Assembly (NCBI GenBank): GCA_947501605.1
Contig: CANMWZ010000004.1
Span: 96,001 to 160,000, forward strand
DNA: 64,000 nucleotides
Direction of reading: 5' to 3'
DNA from: Planctomycetota bacterium
GTDB taxonomy: Bacteria; Planctomycetota; UBA1135; UBA2386
Shown: in pieces, positions 48,570 through 57,911 of the stretch
Numbering within the stretch: position 1 is the stretch's first letter
Layout: each line of letters begins with the position of its first letter
Position numbers and translations under genes: made by a program
Notes under the pieces: generated by a model
Told to the model about the DNA's origin: nothing
Database searches by the model: none
Seen by the model: the letters and a program-made list of their open reading frames with translations, nothing else

Positions 48570-50314
48570 GACGCCAACTCCTGCAGTGAAGCGGGCGCAG
48601 GGTGCTTCTCGCGTTCCCGCCGGAGGTCGAGCAGGTCGGCGAGCACGGCCTCGGCCGTGGGCCAACGCCCCGCCCCGCGACCGCTGCAGCGGAACTCGGC
48701 GCCGTCCTGGCAACGCACGACCGCCCCGCATTGATCGGGCTGCAGGAAGCCGAGTTCGTGCGACTCGGTGAGCAGCTTCGGGTTCGTGCGCAGCGCCACG
48801 CGATCGCCGTCGCCACTGGGCTGTACCGACAGGCGCGCGACGAGTCGAATGCGCCCGCGGCCGAGGCCGGCGGCGAGCAGGTCGTGTGGGGCAGCGGCCG
48901 CCACGCCGCGAACTTCGACCGCGGATCGGTCGAACCACCGGCCGAACGCAGCGTGGGCGCACAGGCACAACTTGTCCGCGGCGTCGCTGCCGTCGAGGTC
49001 GAGGGTGGGGTCGGCCTCGGCGAGTCCCAGGGCGTAGGCAGCACGAGCCGCTTCGTCTTCCGAGAGTCCTTCGGCTCTGCGGTCGAGCACGAAGCTCGAG
49101 GTCGCGTTGAGCACGGCCGCGATGGCGACGATCGGGCCGTGCGCCCGCGCGCGAGCGATGGTCTCGAGGACCGGGACCGCGCCGCCGACGGCGGCAGCGA
49201 AGCGCAGTTCGGCCCCGGCGCGGATTGCCGTCGCGAACAGTTCCTCGCCGTGCCGCGCGAGCACAGCCTTGTTGGCGGTCACGACCGGAATGCCGCGCGA
49301 CAGCGCTTCGTGGATGCACGAGCGCGCGGGCTCGAGGCCACCGAGGAGTTCGACGACGAGGTCGCACGGTGCGGCGAGCGCTTCGTTCACGTCGGGGACG
49401 AGCAGCGACAGCGGCACGCCGGTGTCGGCGGCGCGGCGCACGTTGCGCACCGCGACCTTGGTCACGGTGAACCACTGCGGCAGGGCCTCGAGGCTCTTGT
49501 AGACGCCGAGCCCGATGCTGCCGAGACCGAGCAGGACGACGCGCAGCGGCGGCAATGGCTGCGCATCGGGCGCGCCGAGGCGCGAGGTCCTCGTGCCGAC
49601 GAGGGTCACCTCGTCGCGGTTCTCGGTCGCGACCTCGAACTCGAGGTCGTGCACTTCTGCATACCGAACTGCTTTGTGCTGCACGATGCGGCCATCGAGG
49701 GACAGGGCATCGTCGTAGCGGATGGTCAGAAACGGCCTCGCGAGCGGTCCGGGCCGTTGCGGGTCGCGTTCGTAGAGCCCGCGCACGTCTTTGACCAAGC
49801 GGCAGCGCGCCGAGAGCGCACGCGCGAGGAATAGCGCGGTGAAGTCGGAGCCGCCGCGGCCGAGCAACGTGGTGCGGCCGCTGTGGTCGAGGCCGACGAA
49901 GCCGGGGACGACGACCACGGGAACGCATTCGAGCAGCGACCGCAGCGCCGAGGCATCGACCGACTCGGGCTCGGCGTCGAGCAGGCTCGAGTGGGTGCGG
50001 AGCCGTATGCGCGCCGCGTCGGCCACTTCGCACGGCAGACCGGCGCGGTGCACCGCCAGGGCGAGCAGCGCGGCGCTGGTCTGTTCGCCGGTCGCTAGCA
50101 AGGCCGCATACGCGGACGGAAGGGGCTCGTGGTCGTAGCCGCGGGCCTGGGCCGCGAGCGCATCGGTCGTGCCGTGAAGCGCCGAGACCACGGCGACAAC
50201 GCGGTAGCCGCGGCGAACGTGGCGGTAGATCTCGTGCACGGCGCGCGCGATCGAGGTCTCGTCGCGGAGGACCGAGCCACCGAACTTCAACACCAGGATC
50301 TGGGACTCAGCCAC
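48566..50314 (-). CDS. Bifunctional aspartokinase/homoserine dehydrogenase without ACT domains
   Basis: KFGGS, VVSA, LGRGGSDFTA, KDVRG (AK); GLGSIG, VTANK, AAVGGAVP, AEADPTLD, GRGAGRWPTA (HSDH). Confidence 0.9.
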   Translation of the reverse strand: MAESQILVLKFGGSVLRDETSIARAVHEIYRHVRRGYRVVAVVSALHGTTDALAAQARGYDHEPLPSAYAALLATGEQTSAALLALAVHRAGLPCEVADAARIRLRTHSSLLDAEPESVDASALRSLLECVPVVVVPGFVGLDHSGRTTLLGRGGSDFTALFLARALSARCRLVKDVRGLYERDPQRPGPLARPFLTIRYDDALSLDGRIVQHKAVRYAEVHDLEFEVATENRDEVTLVGTRTSRLGAPDAQPLPPLRVVLLGLGSIGLGVYKSLEALPQWFTVTKVAVRNVRRAADTGVPLSLLVPDVNEALAAPCDLVVELLGGLEPARSCIHEALSRGIPVVTANKAVLARHGEELFATAIRAGAELRFAAAVGGAVPVLETIARARAHGPIVAIAAVLNATSSFVLDRRAEGLSEDEAARAAYALGLAEADPTLDLDGSDAADKLCLCAHAAFGRWFDRSAVEVRGVAAAAPHDLLAAGLGRGRIRLVARLSVQPSGDGDRVALRTNPKLLTESHELGFLQPDQCGAVVRCQDGAEFRCSGRGAGRWPTAEAVLADLLDLRREREKHPAPASLQELAS

Positions 50315-51545
50315 GATCCACCTCCGCCGAGAGGCTCGACGCGGCATCGGATCCGGCGAACGCGCACGCGCACGCGTGTTCGAGATCCGCCTCGACATCG
50401 ACGGGATCCTCGAGCCCGACCGAGAGCCGGATCAGGCCCGGCGAGATCCCGAGGCGTTCTCGTTCGGCCAGCGGAACGTCGCCGTGCGTCATGGTCGCGG
50501 GGTGGGTGACGAGCGTCTCGACCGCGCCGAGGCTCTCGGCCAAGGTGCACAACTCGAGGGACTCGACCACGCGCCGCGCACCGTCGAATCCACCGCGAAC
50601 CTCGAACGCAACGACGTTGCCGTGAAGCGGGCCCGAACCATCGACCGAGCCGTGCTGGCGTTCGGCGAGTTCGCGCTGCGGGAACGACGCGAGTCCGGGG
50701 TAGCGAACCGACTCCGTGAACTCGCTCCGTTCGAGGAAGCGCGCGACACGCAGCGCATTCTCGCTCTGCTTCCTGGCGCGCAGCGGCAGCGTCCGCAGGC
50801 CGCGCAACGTGAGCCACGCGTCGTGCGGCGCTTGGATCGAGCCAACCGTCTTGCGCACGAAGCGCAAACGCTCGAGCAACTCTTCGTCGCGGCTGGTGAT
50901 CGCGCCGCCGATCGCACTGTTGTGCCCTTCGATCAACTTGGTGGTCGAGTAGAGGCTGACGTGGGCGCCGAGTTCGAGCGGGCGCAGGATCACCGGCGTG
51001 AGGAACGTGTTGTCGACGGCGAGCACGACCGATCGGCGCTTCGTCACCGCGGCAACGGCTGCGAGGTCGCAGAGCTGCAAGGTCGGGTTGGCGGGGGTCT
51101 CGACGAACACGAGCTTGGTCGAAGGTTCGATCGCGCGATCGAGAGCCGCGAGGTCCTTCGCGTCGACGAAGGTCGAGCGGATCCCGAGACCGGCGAGCAG
51201 TTGGCGCAGGAGGCGCACCGTGCCGCCGTAGACGACATCGGCGACGACGACATGGTCGCCGCTGCGGCACAGAGCGAGGAACAGGGCCGTCTCGGCAGCG
51301 AGTCCGGATGCGAAGCAAACCGACGGGGGCGCGTGCTCGATCGCACCGAGGGCGCGTTCGAGGGCACTAACGGTTGGATTGCTGGCCCGGGAGTAGGTGT
51401 GGCCGCGGTTCTCGCCGAGGCGCGGTTGGTGGAAGGTGGTCGACTGAACGATCGGGGGGACGATCGCACCGGTGGTGGGATCGGCCTCACCGCCGCCGCG
51501 CACCGCGCGGGTCGATTCGCCGAACTGGGGTTGCAGGTTCGCCAT
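50307..51545 (-). CDS. metB: Cystathionine gamma-synthase-like PLP enzyme
   Basis: PIVQSTTF, YSRASNPT, ETPANP, VDNTF, STTK, AESLG.VE, HPATMTH; gamma-synthase role inferred from context. Confidence 0.78.
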   Translation of the reverse strand: MANLQPQFGESTRAVRGGGEADPTTGAIVPPIVQSTTFHQPRLGENRGHTYSRASNPTVSALERALGAIEHAPPSVCFASGLAAETALFLALCRSGDHVVVADVVYGGTVRLLRQLLAGLGIRSTFVDAKDLAALDRAIEPSTKLVFVETPANPTLQLCDLAAVAAVTKRRSVVLAVDNTFLTPVILRPLELGAHVSLYSTTKLIEGHNSAIGGAITSRDEELLERLRFVRKTVGSIQAPHDAWLTLRGLRTLPLRARKQSENALRVARFLERSEFTESVRYPGLASFPQRELAERQHGSVDGSGPLHGNVVAFEVRGGFDGARRVVESLELCTLAESLGAVETLVTHPATMTHGDVPLAERERLGISPGLIRLSVGLEDPVDVEADLEHACACAFAGSDAASSLSAEVDRG

Positions 51546-51675
51546 GACGTGGGGGTTCCAGGTGCATCGCGAACTGCTGGCTGCACAGGGAACCTCGGCG
51601 ACACGGAACGACCGCGCCGTGGGCGCGGAGGTGCTCGTTTTTGCTCGTCACCACACCGACATCGGAGTGGGCTCG

Positions 51676-51779
51676 CCGCATCGTTCCCCTGGCGGGGCTG
51701 GCCTCGGCACCGCGGCCTGTAGGAACAGGCTCGGTTGCCGCCCGGGTTGCACGAAGGCTCACCGGGACTCGGGATGCGG
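51676..51779 (-). ncRNA. SAM-I-family riboswitch (atypical P2)
   Basis: P1 CCGCATC/GATGCGG, ATCCCGAG, P3 CGGCAACC...GGTGCCG, P4 CCCC/GGGG; upstream of the met operon. Confidence 0.82.
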
Positions 51780-51784
51780 GGGCG

Positions 51785-51812
51785 TTTCTAGCGAGTGGGT
51801 TGGGGATGTCAA
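51785..51812 (-). promoter_or_regulatory. Sigma70 promoter of the met operon
   Basis: TTGACA-N16-TAGAAA; predicted +1 coincides with riboswitch P1. Confidence 0.7.
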
Positions 51813-51848
51813 GCGCGGCGATCGCGCTACCCGCAAGGGCCGCCTCGA

Positions 51849-52553
51849 TCAACGGAGGCGGAAGTCGTGACGCTGGGTGACGGCGAAGGTGCCACTCGTC
51901 GGATCGAGCAGGAGCCACTGTGCAGCGAGGGCGATGCCGCCAGTAGCGGTGACGGGCAATGGCAGGTTGACGTGCGCGTAGCCGCGGTCGAGGCCTGTGG
52001 AGCCGATGACTGTAGGCACGGCGACGGCCGGGGCGACGAAGGCGGAGCAGCCGGTCCAACCGAACGGATCGAGGGCGATGGGGAGGGCGAGGCCGGCGTA
52101 GGAGGTATCACTGGCGAAGCCGCCGACGAGCCATCCGAGGGAGCCGGGGGAGCCGGCAGCTACTGTGATGAGGGCGTTGCCTTGGACTTGGCGCGTGCTG
52201 ATTTGAGGGAGGTCTGGGGTGGAGCTGTGGGCTATGCCGTTCGCGGGGCCCTGGCCGATGAGGTGGGTGTCGAGGGTGTGGATGGTCCCGGGCGACCTCG
52301 TGACTGTGTCAGGCCAAACGAGGACTTGATAGGGACTGCCGGCATGGGAGCCCAGGTTCACCAACGTGTTGGGATTGACGAGGTCCCCGCCGCGCGAACC
52401 ATTAGGGAATACCAGGGGATGGCGTGCGGTTCGGAAATGTGCAGGGGTGGCTACCTGGACCGATCGGGCTGAATGGTTTGCGGGTGTATCGGTGGAATTG
52501 GGCCCGAGTAAAGCGCAACAGGGGCCTCGCCCCTCCTTACGACGCCTGCGCAA
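51849..52553 (-). pseudogene. Probable 5'-truncated gene remnant carrying a conserved-looking C-terminal domain
   Basis: C-terminal ~110 aa (LPIALDPFGWTGC...LPLP...AAQWLLLDP) resembles the end of 61115..62311; no credible start or signal peptide; abuts the low-GC islet. Confidence 0.5.
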
Positions 52554-52642
52554 AGCATGCCCTACAGCTCAGCTCCGTCACCGGCGAACTTTTCCTTTCA
52601 CGGCCCTTGACGCGACGTGTTGGACCTGTTTCCTTTGCCTGC

Positions 52643-52960
52643 ATGAACCTTGAACCGGTGGAGGATCCATTCACGCCGCTCCTGGATAAGTGCGATTTCA
52701 TGATAGCGAAGGGCTTCATGACGACAGCGCGACGCGACGAGCTGCTGGCCCAAGTTTCCATTCTGGAGAACGCAATGGCACAGCTAACCCAGGATCATCC
52801 AGGTGAGTTTGTAGCAGTTGCTAACGGAAAGTTCTATTTTGCAGACAGTGTCGAAGCTGTCGAAGATGAGGTCATGACGCAACAGCCATCGCACATGTTT
52901 GCTTTGGCCGGTATCTCGCCGGCAAAATACCGCTTCGACATCCCAGCTTCAGGGGGCTAG
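52643..52960 (+). CDS. DUF5678-like small protein
   Basis: QLTQDHPGEFVAVANGKFYFADS matches the (Y/H)PG(E/K)(F/W)VA..G pattern; low GC. Confidence 0.65.
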   Translation: MNLEPVEDPFTPLLDKCDFMIAKGFMTTARRDELLAQVSILENAMAQLTQDHPGEFVAVANGKFYFADSVEAVEDEVMTQQPSHMFALAGISPAKYRFDIPASGG

Positions 52961-52964
52961 ATTC

Positions 52965-53393
52965 ATGGCAAACGAACCAGGCGCAACACCATATCAGGGC
53001 GGAGTTCCAAGAGCCGCCGTTACGGTCACAGGTGATGCATGGCCCCCTCCTGGGCAAGGCTCGACCGTCCTCCCTGACGTCATCGTCGACTCGGGGGCCA
53101 GCGAAAGTATGCTCAGGAACGAGTCCACCGCAGGGCTCAAGCTCACAATCGTTGGCGTGGCCGTTGGGGACAAGCCAATGGGGCGCATGACTGCCCTGAA
53201 GGTAGAATTCGTGAACGGCGGATGGTCATTCAAAGCCAAGCAAGGCGCCGTCGAGGTCGCGAGAACCTGCACTCGCCCGTTTGCCCTCGGTGGCAATAAC
53301 ATGCTGGGAAACGACCAACTCGGAGAAGCCGGTTGCGGTCACGACAACCGGCCTACACAGAAGACCGGGACGATTTACGTTATGCCATCATGA
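52965..53393 (+). CDS. Retropepsin-like (clan AA) aspartic protease
   Basis: VIVDSGAS catalytic motif and downstream MLGNDQL (LG.D.L) motif; single domain of 142 aa. Confidence 0.75.
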   Translation: MANEPGATPYQGGVPRAAVTVTGDAWPPPGQGSTVLPDVIVDSGASESMLRNESTAGLKLTIVGVAVGDKPMGRMTALKVEFVNGGWSFKAKQGAVEVARTCTRPFALGGNNMLGNDQLGEAGCGHDNRPTQKTGTIYVMPS

Positions 53394-53905
53394 CAATCAT
53401 TTCCGACAGGTTGAGCATGCTTGAGCGGCGCCTCCGCCGGACTCAAGCATGTCTTGTTGCAGTGGCTGCTGGAATTATCGCAGTTCTTGCGATGGCTGCG
53501 ATTCAAGACCCAAAGTCCATCAAGCCCGTTAGCCCCGGACCAATCAGAGCTACGAGATTCGACATTGTTGACTCTAAGGAGAGAGTTCGCGGAAGTTGGG
53601 AAATCGCCAACGACGGCGGTGAAGGCTCTCCATTGCTAACTCTTTGTGACGCCGCAAGCTCAAGTCGCATAGCGCTAAGCGTTGTTGCCGACATGCCGGT
53701 CATCACCGTAAGTGGCGCATTGAAGGATGACGGAGTCATGCGGGAGCGCATCTTGCTTTCGATCGGGCAAGATGCAAGCCCCGATATCAGGGTGTTCGAT
53801 TCCGATGGCATGCTGCGGAGTCAACTGTGCATTGGAAGTGAAGGTGCTGTCTTCCTTTTGATGGACAAGTCTGGCAAGACCGTTTTCCAGGCTCCTGTCA
53901 AGTAG
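53390..53905 (+). CDS. Hypothetical membrane-anchored beta-rich protein
   Basis: RLSMLERRL, TM helix, IRATRFDIVDS, repeated (L/V)xD..G.R units; ATGA-coupled to the protease. Confidence 0.7.
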   Translation: MTIISDRLSMLERRLRRTQACLVAVAAGIIAVLAMAAIQDPKSIKPVSPGPIRATRFDIVDSKERVRGSWEIANDGGEGSPLLTLCDAASSSRIALSVVADMPVITVSGALKDDGVMRERILLSIGQDASPDIRVFDSDGMLRSQLCIGSEGAVFLLMDKSGKTVFQAPVK

Positions 53906-53924
53906 GAGGCCCCAAGTAGGAGGC
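53899..53924. repeat. 12-bp direct repeat at the right edge of the low-GC islet
   Basis: CAAGTAGGAGGC at 53899-53910 and 53913-53924. Confidence 0.8.
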
Positions 53925-54270
53925 GCGGCGCGACCCGGGCGACTCCACGGCGACACTGGTGTCAGATGCATGGGGAACTCCTGCAGCAAGGTTCCCTGTC
54001 GCGGCCGCACCGTGCAACCGCAGCTGCGGAAGGCTACGCCCGCTGCGCGTCGGACCGCAACCCCCTCGACGCGCGCCAAGTGGACGATCCGCGGCACCCA
54101 ACCGAGTTGCCACCATCCAACGCCTCATCGCAAGGCGAAGACCGCACTCGCGCCCCCTTCCCTCTCGCCCGCCACAATCCCTAGTCCTGCGCCTTGTGCC
54201 GTGCGCCTGACCGTTCCGATATCGTCCGCATGCCCACGACCCCCCGGCCCGACCTAGAAGCGCCCCGCAG

Positions 54271-55404
54271 ATGACCGACTTCGAACTCAACCGCGACTGC
54301 CGTCACGTGCACTGGGACCGCCCCTGTGCGCCGCACAAGAAGCGCGGCAAGGTCTGCGGCACCTGCGACGAGTACTCCCCGGTGCGCCACCGCGTCTTGA
54401 TGGTCAAGCTCGCTGCTACCGGCGACGTGTTGCGCACCACCAGCTTCCTCCCCGCGATTCATGCGACGTGGCCCGGTGCGCGCGTGACTTGGCTGACCAA
54501 GAAGGGCGCGGCGGGCCTGTTCGCCGGCAACCCGCTGGTCGCCGAGGTGCTCACCACCGACGACGCGATCACGGCCGCGCGCCTTGCGACCGAGGAGTTC
54601 GACGTCGTGCTCTGCCCCGATGCCGATCCCGAAGCCGCGGTGCTCGCTGCCATGGCCAAGGGCAAGGAGCGCCGTGGATTCGTGCGCACTGCCGATGGCC
54701 AGGTGAAGGCCCTGTCCGCAGGCGCCGAGCGCTGGTTCCAGATGGGGCTCTCCGACAGCCGCAAGAAGGCCAACACCCGCACCTACCAGGCCCTTGTCGC
54801 CGAAGTGCTCGGCTTCGATCCTGACTCCGTGCGCGAGCCCATTCTGGTGCCGAGTGCGCGCGACGAGCAGTCCGCGGCCGCATTCCACGCGAGCCTCGGC
54901 TTCAGCGGTCCGCTGGTTGGACTCAACACCGGAGCCGGTGGGCGTTGGGCCTACAAGCAGTGGACCAAGGCGCACCAGGAGACCTTCGTGCGCACCTGCA
55001 CGGACCAGGGGCTCGGCGTGATGCTGCTCGGTGGGCCCGAAGAAGTACAGCGGCACCAGGACCTGCTGGCGGTGAGCCAAGGCCGGCCGGTGTTTGATGC
55101 CGGCAACGACAACTCGTTCGGTCGCTTCGCCGCGCTGCTCGAACGCTGCCGCGTCGTCGTCACCAGCGATTCGCTTGCGGTGCATGTCGCGGCGGCGCGC
55201 AAAGTGCCGGCGGTGGTGTTGTTTGGCCCGACATCGGCGGCCGAGATCGAGCTGTACGGACGCGGCGAAAAGGTCGTGCCCGCGGGCCTCGACTGTCTCT
55301 GTTGCTACCTGCCGATGTGCGACAAGAAGCCGCATTGCCAGGCGCTGATTCAACCGGAACACGTGTTTCTGGCAGTGCAGCGGCAGTTGCTCCAGCGTTA
55401 CTAG
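54271..55404 (+). CDS. GT9 (heptosyltransferase family) glycosyltransferase
   Basis: KLAATGDVLRTT, GLNTGAGGRW..KQW, TSDSLAVHVAAA, LFGPTS. Confidence 0.9.
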   Translation: MTDFELNRDCRHVHWDRPCAPHKKRGKVCGTCDEYSPVRHRVLMVKLAATGDVLRTTSFLPAIHATWPGARVTWLTKKGAAGLFAGNPLVAEVLTTDDAITAARLATEEFDVVLCPDADPEAAVLAAMAKGKERRGFVRTADGQVKALSAGAERWFQMGLSDSRKKANTRTYQALVAEVLGFDPDSVREPILVPSARDEQSAAAFHASLGFSGPLVGLNTGAGGRWAYKQWTKAHQETFVRTCTDQGLGVMLLGGPEEVQRHQDLLAVSQGRPVFDAGNDNSFGRFAALLERCRVVVTSDSLAVHVAAARKVPAVVLFGPTSAAEIELYGRGEKVVPAGLDCLCCYLPMCDKKPHCQALIQPEHVFLAVQRQLLQRY

Positions 55405-55623
55405 CAGTGGCGCAGGAGCCGCGACGGCGCAGCGGCGGGGAGGGGCGCGGTCTCCCCGCCGCCGCATCGCGGGCGGAGCCGAGGCGCGAGCGCGGCGGTG
55501 CTCAGGGTTGGAGTCGATTCGCTCTTGCTGGACCGCCGCGCCTGGTTTGCGCGGGCTGCGACAGCGGCGCTGCCGCGGGTGCTCGCTGGACGCGCGGTGC
55601 TCGGTGCCGCAGGATGGGCGTCG

Positions 55624-56556
55624 ATGACGTTCCTTGGCCTCGATTGCGGCGGCACCAAGACGCGGACGGCGTGGTGGCCGCGCGGCGTGCATGAACTGGG
55701 CACGGGCGCTGCTGTGCAACCGGCCTCGCATGGCGTCGAGGCGGCGTCGCGGGCGCTGGTGGAACGGATCCGCACCGCCGACCCACGCAGCGAGGCCGAA
55801 GCGATCGTCGCGGCGATCGCCGGGGCGGGCGATGCGACGATCCGTTCGGAGTTGCTGCGTGCGGTGGCCGCTGCTGGCATTGCAACCAAGGTCGCAATCG
55901 TCGGCGACACTCTGGCGGCCGCTGCCGCCGTGCTCGAAACCGGCCCCGGAGCCCTGGTCTTTGCCGGCACGGGGTCCTTCGCCGTGGTGCGTGCAGTCGA
56001 CGGCACCTTGCACCGAACGGGCGGCCGCGGCCACCTGCTCGGCGACCAGGGCTCGGGCTATGACCTCGTGCGCCGAGCGGCCGCCGCGGTGGTGCTCGCC
56101 GTCGATGATCTTGGACCGCCGACCGCCTTGACCGAGGCTCTGTGCCGCGCCTTTGCGGCGCCCTCGCCATCGCGGCTTGGCGCCGTGTTGCAGCAGAAGG
56201 CGCAGGGCGAGGTCGCGGCGGCCTTGCCGATCGTCCTCGACTGCGCACTGCGTGGCGATCAAGCCGCGGGGGCCGTTCTCGAGGACGGCATGGAGATGCT
56301 GGCGATGGTCTGCAACGCTGCGGTGCGCACCGCCGATCTCGAATGGCGCGGATTGCCGGTGCACCTTGGTGGCGGCGTGCTCACGGGCAGCGACGCCCTC
56401 CGTGAATTGCTGCAAGCGCGGCTCCGAGGCTTTGGCGCCGGGCCGTTTGCGCTCGTGCCTGCCGATGCGGCGGCTCTTGGCGCCGCGCGGCTCGCGTTCG
56501 CGTGGCATCAGCGCGAACAACCGATGTGCCGATGGGTGGACGATGGCGCGCTCTGA
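55624..56556 (+). CDS. BadF/BadG/BcrA/BcrD family sugar kinase (GlcNAc/MurNAc kinase-like)
   Basis: GLDCGGTKT, IAGAG, AGTGS, GGRGHLLGDQGSG, LGGGV. Confidence 0.88.
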   Translation: MTFLGLDCGGTKTRTAWWPRGVHELGTGAAVQPASHGVEAASRALVERIRTADPRSEAEAIVAAIAGAGDATIRSELLRAVAAAGIATKVAIVGDTLAAAAAVLETGPGALVFAGTGSFAVVRAVDGTLHRTGGRGHLLGDQGSGYDLVRRAAAAVVLAVDDLGPPTALTEALCRAFAAPSPSRLGAVLQQKAQGEVAAALPIVLDCALRGDQAAGAVLEDGMEMLAMVCNAAVRTADLEWRGLPVHLGGGVLTGSDALRELLQARLRGFGAGPFALVPADAAALGAARLAFAWHQREQPMCRWVDDGAL

Positions 56557-56971
56557 CCTCGTCCTCAGGGACGGCCGCGTTCTTGGCAAGGAACTGTTCG
56601 AGTTGTCGTTTTCGCGCGGCGGTGGCCCCGGCGGTCAGCACGTCAACAAGACCGAGACGAAGGTCGATCTTCGCCTCGACCTCGCGCGCGCCGAAGCCGT
56701 TCTGGGGCCGGACGACGTGGCCCGAATCCGGCAAGCGCTGACGTCGCGGCTCGATGCCGACGGCCATCTCGTCGTGGTCAGCAGTGAGCACCGGAGCCAG
56801 CTCGACAACATCGAAGCGGCCATGGCACGGATGCGGGCGCTGCTCGCCGGTGCCCTCGTGCGTCGGAAGTCGCGTCGCCGAACGCGGCCGACGCGCGGCA
56901 GCCAGGTGCGGCGCATGGACGAAAAGCGCCACCAGGGCGACAAGAAGCGCGGGCGCGGCAAGGTCGACTGA
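56543..56971 (+). CDS. arfB: Alternative ribosome rescue peptidyl-tRNA hydrolase ArfB
   Basis: SRGGGPGGQHVNK, RSQ..N, basic tail RRRTRPTRGS..RR..K. Confidence 0.93.
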   Translation: MARSDLVLRDGRVLGKELFELSFSRGGGPGGQHVNKTETKVDLRLDLARAEAVLGPDDVARIRQALTSRLDADGHLVVVSSEHRSQLDNIEAAMARMRALLAGALVRRKSRRRTRPTRGSQVRRMDEKRHQGDKKRGRGKVD

Positions 56972-57068
56972 GCAGCACGCCGCCGGGACGTCCTCGTGGC
57001 GCCGGTCCGCGAATGTGCCGGTGCGACTCATCGCTGGACCCTGCGGGTGCCGATCCAGGGTCAGAGTC

Positions 57069-57911
57069 ATGTCGTCCGCATCCACCAAAGTCGATCTTCC
57101 CAGCTACGTCAGGCAGCAGTTGGATGCCAAGACGTTCGATTTGCCGATGCTCCCGGCGGTGATGACGGAAGTGCTGTCGCTGTGTCAGTCCGACACGGTC
57201 GATGCGTCGCGACTCTCACTCGTGATCCACCGCGACCCGACCCTGGCGGCCAACGTCCTGCGCGTCGCCAACTCGGTGATGTTCGCGGCACCAATGCCAT
57301 GCGGCTCGCTGCAACAAGCGGTGTCGCGGCTTGGCATGCAGCGCGTGTCCGAGATCGCGCTCGCATTGGCTGTGCGCGGCAATGTGTTCACTGCGCCTGA
57401 GTGCCAAGAGCTGCTGTCGCGGTTGTGGCGGCACGCGTTGATGGCGGCGTGGTTCTCGCGCGAGATCGCGCGGGCGCGGCGGCAGAACGTGGAAATGGCA
57501 TTCCTGTGCGGCCTGCTGCACGACGTCGGCAAGGCTGCGATCCTGACCAACATCCTGCATGCACCCGGTCGCGTCACGCTGACGGACGTCAGCGAGGTCT
57601 TGCACCAGTATCACGTCGAAGCGGGCGTACAGCTGGCGCGCACCTGGCGACTGCCCGAGATGATCGTCGAGTGCATCGAGTGTCACCATGAGCCGGCGCG
57701 CGCTTGCTACCACATGCAGCTCGCCATGACCGTGTGTCTTGGCGACGTGCTGGCGCAGTTTGCCGATTCTGCCTCCGACCACGCGAAGGCCGACGCCGAC
57801 GCCATTCGCCAGCATCCATCGCTCGCCGGGCTCAACATGTACCCCGACCAGCTCGAGGATCTATTGAAGCGCGCCAGCACGGCGCGGTCGTTCGCGGACG
57901 GCCTCGCATGA
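57069..57911 (+). CDS. Stand-alone HDOD domain protein
   Basis: LPMLP, DPTLAANVLRVANS, AVSRLG, LWRH, GLLHDVG, WRLP. Confidence 0.9.
   Translation: MSSASTKVDLPSYVRQQLDAKTFDLPMLPAVMTEVLSLCQSDTVDASRLSLVIHRDPTLAANVLRVANSVMFAAPMPCGSLQQAVSRLGMQRVSEIALALAVRGNVFTAPECQELLSRLWRHALMAAWFSREIARARRQNVEMAFLCGLLHDVGKAAILTNILHAPGRVTLTDVSEVLHQYHVEAGVQLARTWRLPEMIVECIECHHEPARACYHMQLAMTVCLGDVLAQFADSASDHAKADADAIRQHPSLAGLNMYPDQLEDLLKRASTARSFADGLA

Noticed and set aside
47343..50033. 896-aa ORF read as a giant fusion; likewise the 5' extensions of 32625, 37199, 43979 and 13796
   Set aside because: Extensions overlap neighbouring real genes or intergenic DNA; true starts are placed at downstream ATG/GTG/TTG
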